The notes beneath the pieces were generated by a model. It saw only the letters and a list, made by a program, of their open reading frames with translations, was not told the origin of the DNA and did not search any database. From positions 1 through 40,683 of the forward strand of contig JBQTGV010000066.1 in NCBI GenBank assembly GCA_052390515.1: a DNA stretch of 40,683 nucleotides. Reading direction: 5' to 3'. Below are positions 17,380 through 26,547 of the stretch, in pieces. The translations under genes were made by a program, and so were the position numbers. The stretch comes from Candidatus Eiseniibacteriota bacterium (lineage in GTDB: Bacteria > ARS69). Within the stretch, counting starts at the first letter, position 1, and each line of letters opens with the position of its first letter.

Positions 17380-20300
17380 ATGCACGGAACTCGGTCACCC
17401 GCTTGGATGCTTCCGACGCTTGTCGCGCTCGCCGCGGCGAGCTCGCCGCCGTCCGCCCGCGCCGCGTCGTACCTGCTCGGCGCGGAGAAGGACGCGTGGA
17501 TCTCGGAAGCTTCCCCCGTCCAGAACCACGGCACCGACACGGAGCTGTACTCGAAGCAGGAGCTCCTCGCCGACGAACGCCCGATGCTGCAGTTCGATCT
17601 CAGCGCGATCCCCGCGGGCTCCGCCGTCAAACAGGCGACGCTCGGGCTGTTCGTGACGCAGGCCGACTCGTCCCGCCCGATCGACGTCCACCGGGTGACG
17701 AGCCCGTGGAACGAGGCCAGCGTCGTCTGGCTCAGCCACGGTCATCAGTACGACCCGTCCACGCGCTGGGGATCGTTCGTGGCCGCGCCGGCGGGACCGG
17801 TCACGGTGGACGTGACCGCGCTGGTGCAGCTCTGGCTGGACGGCAAGAAGGGCGGCAACCAGGGCCTCACGCTTGCCTCCACCGCGATCGGGACGAAGTC
17901 GCACTTCGCCAGCCGGGAGTGGGCCGTGGGCGGCGAGCAGCCCTGGCTCTACATCCTCACGGATCTGCCGACGGCCCGCGTGGCCACGGGCACGTACGTC
18001 GGCGACGGCTCCACCAGCCGCTCCATCACCGGGCTCGGCTTCGCGCCCGATCTCGTCCTGGTGAAGGGCGACCACGGGCTGCAGGCAACGGCCCGCTCCT
18101 CCACGATGCCCGCGGGACTGTCCAAGCCGCTCGGCACGAGCGATGCCCTCGTCTCGTCTCGCGTCGTCTCGCTCGATGCGAACGGCTTCACCATCGACGC
18201 GGACAGCGAGGTCAACGAGCCGGGCACGGACTTCCACTGGACCGCCTTCCGCGAGGGAACCGGACCTCCCTTCGCCGTGGGCACCTACACCGGCGACGGG
18301 CTCGACGACCGCAGCATCGCCGCCGGCTTCCAGCCGGGTTACGTCATCGTGATGGGCGCTTCGAACGAGCAAGCGATGCAGCGCTTCGGTTCGCAGGGCC
18401 TGAACAGCAGCCTGGAGTTCAAGTCCGGCTCGGAGCTCTCCGACCGCATCCAGCGCTTCGAGGCAGCCGGTTTCCAGGTGGGCTCGAACATATCGGTGAA
18501 CGAGATCGACGAGGAGTTCCACTGGGCCGCGTGGGCAGCGATGCCCGGCCAGCTCGCGGAGGGCACGTACACCGGCGACGGGACCGACGACAGATTCATC
18601 CCCGCGGGCTTCCAGCCCGACTGGGCGATGGTCCGCATCCGCACGAACGCGGACGGCTCGGTGCACCGCCCGTCGACGCTCGCCGGCGACGCGACATTGC
18701 CCATCTATCCCGGCGGATCCTTCGCCGACGGGATCCAGGCGCTGGCGCCGGGCGGCTTCGAAGTGGGAACCGACAGCGCGGTGAACCGGTCCGGCGTCGA
18801 TCTCTTCTTCGTAGCCGCCCGGGACTCGGTCGCCACGGCGCCGGCCGACCTGCACGTGGCCAAGGTCGTCGACCTGGCCGCGCCGAACGAGGGAGACACG
18901 GTCGGCTACACCGTCACCCTGCAGAATCTCGGGCCCGGCGACGCGAGCGGCGTGGTCGTCGCGGACTCCCTCCCCGCCGGCGTCACCTGGATCGGCGACT
19001 CGCCGACCCAGGGCGTGTACGACTTCGCAGGCGGTCTCTGGACCGTCGGGGACGTCGCCGCGGGAGACAGCGCGACGCTGTGGGTCTCGGCAACGGTCGA
19101 TCCCGGCACGGGCGGCACGACGATCGTGAACGGTGCGTCGATCGCCGCGTCCTCGTCCCTCGATCCCAGCTCCGGCAACGACGCCGACTCCGCCGCCATC
19201 GACGTGCAGAGCGCAGACCTGGGCGTCGTCAAGACGTCCAACCGGAGCACGGCCTCGGAGAACAGCTCGGTCACGTTCACCGTCTGGCTCCACAACTACG
19301 GACCCGATTCCGCCACCTCCGTCGTGGTGGCCGACACGCTCCCGTCCCAGGTCACGTTCGTCGGCGCGGTCCTCAGTCAGGGCACGTACGACGACGCCAG
19401 CGGTCTGTGGGACCTCGGCGCCCTCGCGGCGGGCGACAGCGCTTCGCTCCGGATCACCGTCCAGGTCGACCCCGGAACGGCCGGCCAGGTCGTGACGAAC
19501 ACGGCGCTCCTGGCCGGGGCCGATCAGGCCGATCCGAACGCGGCGAACGACTCCGACTCCGCGTCGTTCAACGTGCTCTTCATCGTGACGCTCGACGTCG
19601 CCAACCTCTCCGTGATCAAGACCGTGGACATCCCGACCCCGGATGAGGGAGCCACGTTGCACTTCGCCGTCAACCTGACGAACTCCGGTCCGCAGGACGC
19701 GACCGGCGTCGAAGTGACCGACGTGCTCCCCGCGGGTCTCACCTACCTGGCCGACTCCACGAGCGCCGGCAGCTACGACTCCGGTACGGGGACCTGGACC
19801 ATCGGCGACGTGTTCGCCCCGAGCACCGAGACATTGGACCTGTGGGCGACGGTGGATGCGGGCACGGCCGGCGCAACCCTGAGCAACGTGGCTCTCGTGA
19901 CCGCCACCGAGCAGGACGACACGAACCCGGCGAACAACGCGGACACCGCGTCCGTCAGGGTGCTCGCCGCGGACCTTTCCCTGGCGAAGACCGTCGACGT
20001 CGCTCTCCCGAAGGAGGGCGACACCGTGCACTTCACGGTGTGCGTCCGCAACGAAGGCCCGGACTCGGCAGCCGGCGTCGAGGTGACCGATTCCGTGCCG
20101 CCCGGTCTGACCTGGACCGGGGATACGCCGAGCCAGGGCACGTACGACTCCGGGACGGGCGTCTGGGTCGTCGGCGCAGTCGCGGTGGGTGACAGCGCGA
20201 CGCTCGACCTGGCGTGCTCGGTCGACGCCGGTGCCGCGGGATCGTCCATCCAGAACGTCGCGGCGGTCACCGCCTCGTTGCGGGGCGATCCGGACGGCAG

Positions 20301-23300
20301 CGACGATGCCGCCGCGGCCATGCTCTACGTTCCCGCCGTCGATCTCGCGGTGACGAAAGTCGTCGATGCGCCCGCCGCCAACGAAGGAGACGCCGTCGTC
20401 TTCACGATCGGCGTGGCCAACGCCGGGCCGGACTCGGCGAGCGCCGTCCTGGTCGCCGACCTGCTGCCGGTGGGCCTCACCCATCAGTCGGACTCCGCGA
20501 CGCACGGGATCTACGCTCCCGGCGCCGGTCAGTGGGACCTGGGCTCGCTGGCCGCCGGAGACAGCGCGACGCTCTCGATCACCGCCACCGTCGATCCGGG
20601 GACCGGCGGCACGACGCTCTGGAACGCCGCGGCGCTCGCCGCCCTCGATCAGACCGACGTCGCCGCCGCGAACGACGCCGACTCCGTTTCGGTGAGCGTG
20701 CGTCTCGCCGACCTCGCCGTGGCGAAGACTGTGGACGATCCGAACGCGCAGGAGAACGCGACGGTCGTCTTCGGGATCGTGGTGACGAACGCCGGGCCCG
20801 ACTCGGCCGCCGGCATCCAGATCCTGGACGCGCTGCCCGCCGGGGTCACCTACGTGTCGCACGTGGTGACGCTCGGCTCGTGGAACCCGCTGAGCGGCGC
20901 GTGGACCCTCGGGACGCTGGCCGCCTCCGACAGCGCCACGCTGACCGTCACCGCGACGGTCGACCCGGGCACGGCCGGCTCGACGCTCGTGAACGTCGCC
21001 TCGGTGGCCACCTCCGACGTGGCCGACCACCAGCCGGCGAACGACTCCGCGTCCGCCTCGATCGTCGTGCCGGCCGGCATCACCGTCTTCGCCTCCCAGT
21101 CCACCGCGGTAGCGAACCCGGGCGACGCGGACGTGCACCTGCTCACGTTCTCGGTGGCCAACTCGCACCCCTTCCCGGTGACGCTGGACGCGGTCTCGCC
21201 GGCCAACGTGACCGCCGGTCCCGGCACCGTGGCCGAGCGCGACGCCGAGCTGGGCACGCTGACCCTCTGGCAGGACGACGGCGACCTCGTCTTCGAGCCG
21301 GCGGCCGATTCGCCGCTGGCCTCGGCGACGGCGGCAGGCGGCTCGATCCCGTTCGCCCCGCTGTCGTTCGCGCTGCCGTCCGGCGCGCTGGCCTCGTTCC
21401 ACGTCGCCGCGGATCTCGCCCTGACGGCCCGGGACGGCGACACGCTCGATCTCCAGCTCTCGGGGCCCGCAAGCGTCGCGTTCGTGGAGGCCGTGAATCA
21501 CCTGAGCACCTGGCCGCTCGCGCCGGCCGGAGCCGTCACCGTGGACGGCGCGGTCGCCGCGCAGATCACGGCGTCGGCGCTCGCCGACTCGACTCTCGCC
21601 GCGGGGAGCAGCGGTGCCGTCGTGTTCGCCGCCGTCGTTCCCGCGAACGGCTACGCCGCCGACGTGCTGCAGGCGTTCCGCATCGAGAACCAGGGAACCG
21701 CGGTGGCCGGAACGGACGTCGCCGCACTGCGGCTGTGGGTGGACGGCGGCGACGGCGCTCCCGACCTCGGCGCCGGGGACGACGCGGCCGTCGCCGCGCT
21801 GGTCGGGCTCGGCTCCGCGTGGACCGCCTCCGCGCTGTCCGTTCCGGTTCCGCCCGGAGGCGCACGTCTCTTCGTCAGCGCCGACCTCGCCGCCGACGCC
21901 ACGCACGCTTCGACAATTCGCCTCCGGCTGCCGGCCGCTCCGGTCGCGCTGACCGTGGCGAGCGCGAACGACGGGCCGATGGACGCCGCGGTCGTCTGCC
22001 CGGCGTTGTTCACGATTCAGGGCGCTCCGAGCGACATCACCGTGAGCGCGGCGCAAACCGGCGCGACGCTGCTTCCCGGCGCCGCCGCGCTGGAGGTGCT
22101 GCGCCTCATCGTCTCCAACGAGGGCGCCGAGGCCGAGACCCTCTCCACGCTGACGCTCACCAACATGACGACCGGACCGGGCACGCAGTCCGAGCGCGAC
22201 GGCGAGTGGTCGCCGCTGCAGCTGGCCGTGCTCAAGGGTGGGATCGGCGTCGGGGTCGGCGGGCTGCGCGCGGGGTTCTCGAACGGTACCGTCACCTTCG
22301 CGATGAACACGGTCATCGCCGCGGCGGAGTCGGTTACGGTCGTCGTCACGTCGGGCGCGTCGCTCTCCGCGCGGGACGGAGACATGCTCGATCTCGCGGT
22401 AGCCGACTCGACCGACTTCGTCTTCACGCGCCCCGTCTCGCTCGTGCGGACGTGGCCGCTCGCGCCTGCCGGAGCGTTCCCCGTCGACGGCATGTCCGTC
22501 GCGCAGGTGGGCGTCTCGGGGACCGCCCTCCCCATCAACCTGTTGACCGGCTCGACGAACAACCCGTCGCTCGCGGTCACCATCCCCGCGAACGGCTATG
22601 CCGCGGACACGCTGCGGACCCTGAACGTGAAGAACCTGGGGACCGCCGCCGCCGGATCGGACATCGAGCGCGTGGACCTGTGGCTGGACGTGGACGGGGA
22701 CGCCATCCCCGAGCCGGGCGGGGCCGATGCCGCCGGCCGTCTCGGGCCGATGGTCTTCACCGGCGACCGCTGGGAGATCACCGGTCTCGCCGTGCCGGTG
22801 CCAGCCGCGGGCCGCCCCGTCTTCGTCACCACCGACATCGCCGCGCAGGCCACCGTCGGCTCGAGCGTCACCCTGGTGATCCCCGGCTCCCCCGACCTCG
22901 GTGCGTTCATGGCCAGCACGAACGACGGTCCGCTGGACGGCGACGCGCCGGCGGCCACCGCGCGCCAGACGCAGCTCGTCTCCACGTCGGATCGGATCGT
23001 GCTGACCACGTCGGCGGTGGCGCCCGGGACCGTCGCGCCGGGGCAGACCGACGTCGTCCTGCTCTGGGTGCGGGCCAAGAACGACTACACCGTTTCCAAG
23101 ACGATCACCGGGATCACGGTCACGAACGGCACCGCCGGCAGCGGAACGCAGGCGAACCTGGACGCGCAGATGGGCACGCTCCGTCTCCGGACGAGTACCC
23201 CGACCGCCCCGCCGATCGCGCAGGCCATCTTCGCCTCGGGCCGTGCCCCCTTCGGCTCCTTCGCCTTGACCCTCGCTCCCGGCGAGACTCGCGCCCTCTT

Positions 23301-26300
23301 CGTCACCGCGGATCTCTCGCTCGCGCTCGCGTCGGACGGCGACGCGCTCGGCGCTTCGGTCGCCGGTTCGCCGGACGTGACGTTCTCCACGCCGACCACC
23401 GTCGTGGCGGGCTGGCCCCTCGACTCCGGCGCTGCGTGGACCGTCGACGGCATGCTGGCCACCCAGATCGCCAATCATGGCGCCCCGCCGCTGACGCTCG
23501 GCCCTTCGGAGGGCCCGGCGCTCGCGCTGGACGTGACGCTGCCGTCGAACGGGTACGCGGCCGACGTTCTTCGCGGCGTGACCGTGGTCAACGACAGCAC
23601 CGCGACCGCCGCGGACGTCGCCGCGATGCGGCTCTACCGGGACGGCGGCGACAACTTCTTCGACGCCGGCGCGGGGGACGACGTCGACCTCGGACCGATG
23701 AGTCCCCTCGCCGGCGCCTGGACGAGTCCGGCACTCGCCGAGCCGCTGGGACAGAACGGCGCGCGCTGCTTCGTGGCGGTGACGTCCTCGGCTTCGCTGA
23801 CCGACGGGCGAACCGTGCGGCTGGCGATCCCGGTCGGCGGCGTCAACGTCGAGTCGGGCAACGACGGGCCCACCGACGCGCGCATCGCCAACACGAACAC
23901 CATGACGCTCTCCACCGCGGCGCTGCTGGCCACGCTCGACCTCGCGCCGAACGCCAGCACGATCGGCAGCCCGGTGACGGCCACCTTGCTCGTCCGCAAC
24001 GCCGGAGACTCCTCCATCGTGGGCATCACGCCCTCCGCGCTCATCGCCGACAGCGCCGGCGTGCTCGCGCCGGCTGGCGGTCCCGTGCCGTCCTCCTTCT
24101 CGCTGGCCGCCGGCGACTCGGCCGCGTTCACCTGGACGTGGACGGCGGCCGCCGCGGGAATCGTGCGCCTCACCGGATCGGTGTCCGGGACGGAGCTGGG
24201 TACGGGCCTCCCGCGGCAGTCGCTGGACGCCACCTCCGACGCGCACCAGGTGTTCGTGGAGGCGCAGGACATCGAGCTCTTCCCGACGGAGTCGATGCCC
24301 TTCTCCATCAGCCGCGGCCAGACCGGCGTCGTGCCGCTCTCGCTCACGTTCACGAACAACGTGGGCGGCGGCGGCTCGGACGTGGAGATCACGCGCGTGC
24401 GCTTCCGTCTGGTCGACGGGACCGGCGCGGGCATCGTCCCCGCCGATCTCCTGGCCCGTGTCGTCGTCAACGAAGGCACGAACGCCTACGCCACGGTCAC
24501 GTCGCTCCCCGCCGCGGGCGACTCCGTGGACCTCCTGCTCTCGCCCTTCCCGAAAGTCGCTGCCGCAGCCGGGCAGGTGACGCTCTCGCTCTCGCTGGAC
24601 ATCTCCGACACGACGACGGTCCCGGACTTCCGCCTGCAGATCCCCGGCAGCGCGTGGTTCGAGGCCCGGGACGCGACCAGCGGCGCGCCGGTCGCGGTGC
24701 TGCTCGCTCCGACGGAATCGTTCCCGATCGAGTCCGGGCTTGCGCGGGTGGTCGCCGAGGCGACCGAACTGGACGTCTCCGCCGTCCCCGGTCCGCCGGT
24801 CATCGCCGGACGCGGCCAGACCGACGTCCCTCTGCTCTACGTCGGTTTCCTGAACCCGGACCCGGACAGTCTCGCCGCCGACGTCCGTGTCAGCTCCTTC
24901 GAGGTGACGCTGGTCGATTCGCTCGGGGCGGCGATCGCGTCACCGGCGCAGTATCTGCAGCGCATCCGCGTGCTCGCTCCGTTCCAGGTGCTGCTGGCCG
25001 ACCGGCAGATCACCGCCTCGGACGACTCGACGATCGCGCTGGTGCTCTCGCCGCTGCTCTCCGTGCCGATGAACAACCCGCTCGTCGTGAGCCTCCGCGC
25101 GGACATCGCGGCGGCGGCACCGCTCGTGACCGTGCGTCTCGCGCTCGCCGATGCGCAGTCCTTCGACGCCAGGGACGCGAACACGGGGGCCGTGGTCCCG
25201 GTGATCTACGCGCAGACACAGGTCCTGGGCCCGCCCGTCATGCTCGTCCAGCCCGCCGACTCGGTCGCGGTCTCCGCCGTTCGCCGTCTCCCGCCCACGC
25301 TTCCGGTGGGGACCGCGGACGTCGCGGCCGCCGGCATCGTCGTCCGCCACCCCGGCGGCGGCACGGTGGGTCCCGTCGCGGTCCAGTCCATGACGCTGGA
25401 GTGCCGCGACGGATCCGACAGCCCGCTCCTTCCCGCCGCGTACCTCGACCAGGTGCGCGTCCTGCGCCGCGGCGCGCAGGTCGGCCTCGTGTCGAACCTT
25501 CCCGGGTCCGGCGGCTCGTTCACGGTCGTGCTCTCGGGGCCGCAGGTCGCACCCGGCCAGGCCGACACGCTGGAGGTGCGCCTCGACCTGGAGGTGACCG
25601 CACCGGCGACGCTCTTCCGGCTCGCCCTGCCGCAGACCGGCCTCGTCGTCACTGACGCGAGCCTCGGTCTGCCCGTGTCGGTGGTGGCCGACTCCCTCGC
25701 CTCCTTCCCGCTCTCCTCCGGCGTTACGCAGATCGTGTCGCCCGCGCGCCAGCTCGTCGTCGGATTCGAGGACCGGATGCCGCCGGTGCTCGCCGGCGGT
25801 GGCTCCGCGGTCTCCTTCGCCGCCCTCTCGTTCACGAACCCGGCCGCGCCGACCGCCGGACCGATCTTCCTCGACAGCCTCGCCGTGCGCGCCGCGGACG
25901 GCGCCGGCCTCCCGCTCGATCTCGGAGACGCCGCCGTCCGGCTCGAAGCGTGGGAGGGCGATTCCCTGCGGGCGTCGAGCGGCGATCTCGTCGCCGGCGA
26001 TGCGCTCGGAACGCTGCACCTCTCCCCGAGTCTCGCGCTCCCGCCGGGAGTGACGCGGGATCTCGAGCTGCGCGCCGCGTACCGCGCCGGCACCGCCGTC
26101 ACGTCCCTCCGTCTCGGTCTCGAGGCGCAGGACGTCGGCCCGGCGCAGCCGTCGAGCTCGCTGCTGGCCATCGCCGTGCTGGCCCGCGACGGTCAGTCCT
26201 TCCCGTTCTGGACGGAGGCCGGCAACTTCTCCGGCGCGACGCTCGAGGAGAGCTGGTCCAACTTCCCGAACCCGTTCGCCGCGGGCCGTGATCACACCAC

Positions 26301-26547
26301 GTTCGCGTTCTTCCTCGTGCAGCCGGCGAAGGTCACGCTCAAGCTGTGGACCGCGCGCGGCGACGCCGTACGCACCCTCGTCGAAGGCCGGGCGCTGCCG
26401 GCCGGGCTGCACCAGAACCTCGCCTGGGACGGCCGCAACGGCCGCGGCGACACCGTGCTCAACGGGATCTACCTGGCGGAGCTCTCCGTCGACTACGACG
26501 ACGGCGCGAGCGCGCGAGCGGTCCGCAAGGTCGCGGTCGTCCGATGA
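17380..26547 (+). CDS. Giant (3055 aa) secreted surface protein: DNRLRE-like N-domain, 3 GTYxGDG repeats, 6 DUF11 repeats, 3 large PxNGYAAD repeats, C-terminal FlgD-Ig/T9SS-like sorting domain
   Basis: Signal peptide; KDAWISEASP..NHG..LQFDLSAIP; (A/V)(D/N)LxxxK repeats at 18844-21070; C-term SNFPNPF...WDGRNGRG..VLNGIYL. Start may be ATG 17380 or 17407. Confidence 0.92.
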   Translation: MHGTRSPAWMLPTLVALAAASSPPSARAASYLLGAEKDAWISEASPVQNHGTDTELYSKQELLADERPMLQFDLSAIPAGSAVKQATLGLFVTQADSSRPIDVHRVTSPWNEASVVWLSHGHQYDPSTRWGSFVAAPAGPVTVDVTALVQLWLDGKKGGNQGLTLASTAIGTKSHFASREWAVGGEQPWLYILTDLPTARVATGTYVGDGSTSRSITGLGFAPDLVLVKGDHGLQATARSSTMPAGLSKPLGTSDALVSSRVVSLDANGFTIDADSEVNEPGTDFHWTAFREGTGPPFAVGTYTGDGLDDRSIAAGFQPGYVIVMGASNEQAMQRFGSQGLNSSLEFKSGSELSDRIQRFEAAGFQVGSNISVNEIDEEFHWAAWAAMPGQLAEGTYTGDGTDDRFIPAGFQPDWAMVRIRTNADGSVHRPSTLAGDATLPIYPGGSFADGIQALAPGGFEVGTDSAVNRSGVDLFFVAARDSVATAPADLHVAKVVDLAAPNEGDTVGYTVTLQNLGPGDASGVVVADSLPAGVTWIGDSPTQGVYDFAGGLWTVGDVAAGDSATLWVSATVDPGTGGTTIVNGASIAASSSLDPSSGNDADSAAIDVQSADLGVVKTSNRSTASENSSVTFTVWLHNYGPDSATSVVVADTLPSQVTFVGAVLSQGTYDDASGLWDLGALAAGDSASLRITVQVDPGTAGQVVTNTALLAGADQADPNAANDSDSASFNVLFIVTLDVANLSVIKTVDIPTPDEGATLHFAVNLTNSGPQDATGVEVTDVLPAGLTYLADSTSAGSYDSGTGTWTIGDVFAPSTETLDLWATVDAGTAGATLSNVALVTATEQDDTNPANNADTASVRVLAADLSLAKTVDVALPKEGDTVHFTVCVRNEGPDSAAGVEVTDSVPPGLTWTGDTPSQGTYDSGTGVWVVGAVAVGDSATLDLACSVDAGAAGSSIQNVAAVTASLRGDPDGSDDAAAAMLYVPAVDLAVTKVVDAPAANEGDAVVFTIGVANAGPDSASAVLVADLLPVGLTHQSDSATHGIYAPGAGQWDLGSLAAGDSATLSITATVDPGTGGTTLWNAAALAALDQTDVAAANDADSVSVSVRLADLAVAKTVDDPNAQENATVVFGIVVTNAGPDSAAGIQILDALPAGVTYVSHVVTLGSWNPLSGAWTLGTLAASDSATLTVTATVDPGTAGSTLVNVASVATSDVADHQPANDSASASIVVPAGITVFASQSTAVANPGDADVHLLTFSVANSHPFPVTLDAVSPANVTAGPGTVAERDAELGTLTLWQDDGDLVFEPAADSPLASATAAGGSIPFAPLSFALPSGALASFHVAADLALTARDGDTLDLQLSGPASVAFVEAVNHLSTWPLAPAGAVTVDGAVAAQITASALADSTLAAGSSGAVVFAAVVPANGYAADVLQAFRIENQGTAVAGTDVAALRLWVDGGDGAPDLGAGDDAAVAALVGLGSAWTASALSVPVPPGGARLFVSADLAADATHASTIRLRLPAAPVALTVASANDGPMDAAVVCPALFTIQGAPSDITVSAAQTGATLLPGAAALEVLRLIVSNEGAEAETLSTLTLTNMTTGPGTQSERDGEWSPLQLAVLKGGIGVGVGGLRAGFSNGTVTFAMNTVIAAAESVTVVVTSGASLSARDGDMLDLAVADSTDFVFTRPVSLVRTWPLAPAGAFPVDGMSVAQVGVSGTALPINLLTGSTNNPSLAVTIPANGYAADTLRTLNVKNLGTAAAGSDIERVDLWLDVDGDAIPEPGGADAAGRLGPMVFTGDRWEITGLAVPVPAAGRPVFVTTDIAAQATVGSSVTLVIPGSPDLGAFMASTNDGPLDGDAPAATARQTQLVSTSDRIVLTTSAVAPGTVAPGQTDVVLLWVRAKNDYTVSKTITGITVTNGTAGSGTQANLDAQMGTLRLRTSTPTAPPIAQAIFASGRAPFGSFALTLAPGETRALFVTADLSLALASDGDALGASVAGSPDVTFSTPTTVVAGWPLDSGAAWTVDGMLATQIANHGAPPLTLGPSEGPALALDVTLPSNGYAADVLRGVTVVNDSTATAADVAAMRLYRDGGDNFFDAGAGDDVDLGPMSPLAGAWTSPALAEPLGQNGARCFVAVTSSASLTDGRTVRLAIPVGGVNVESGNDGPTDARIANTNTMTLSTAALLATLDLAPNASTIGSPVTATLLVRNAGDSSIVGITPSALIADSAGVLAPAGGPVPSSFSLAAGDSAAFTWTWTAAAAGIVRLTGSVSGTELGTGLPRQSLDATSDAHQVFVEAQDIELFPTESMPFSISRGQTGVVPLSLTFTNNVGGGGSDVEITRVRFRLVDGTGAGIVPADLLARVVVNEGTNAYATVTSLPAAGDSVDLLLSPFPKVAAAAGQVTLSLSLDISDTTTVPDFRLQIPGSAWFEARDATSGAPVAVLLAPTESFPIESGLARVVAEATELDVSAVPGPPVIAGRGQTDVPLLYVGFLNPDPDSLAADVRVSSFEVTLVDSLGAAIASPAQYLQRIRVLAPFQVLLADRQITASDDSTIALVLSPLLSVPMNNPLVVSLRADIAAAAPLVTVRLALADAQSFDARDANTGAVVPVIYAQTQVLGPPVMLVQPADSVAVSAVRRLPPTLPVGTADVAAAGIVVRHPGGGTVGPVAVQSMTLECRDGSDSPLLPAAYLDQVRVLRRGAQVGLVSNLPGSGGSFTVVLSGPQVAPGQADTLEVRLDLEVTAPATLFRLALPQTGLVVTDASLGLPVSVVADSLASFPLSSGVTQIVSPARQLVVGFEDRMPPVLAGGGSAVSFAALSFTNPAAPTAGPIFLDSLAVRAADGAGLPLDLGDAAVRLEAWEGDSLRASSGDLVAGDALGTLHLSPSLALPPGVTRDLELRAAYRAGTAVTSLRLGLEAQDVGPAQPSSSLLAIAVLARDGQSFPFWTEAGNFSGATLEESWSNFPNPFAAGRDHTTFAFFLVQPAKVTLKLWTARGDAVRTLVEGRALPAGLHQNLAWDGRNGRGDTVLNGIYLAELSVDYDDGASARAVRKVAVVR

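Noticed and set aside
18844-21070. DNA repeats as DGR template/variable repeats or a mobile element
   Set aside because: They are in-frame DUF11 domain repeats; no reverse transcriptase is present and no adenine-specific variation was seen.
17395-24246. 2283-aa minus-strand ORF and 1813-aa alternative-frame ORF (20214..25655)
   Set aside because: Shadow frames of the high-GC giant gene; Arg/Gly-rich with no motifs.
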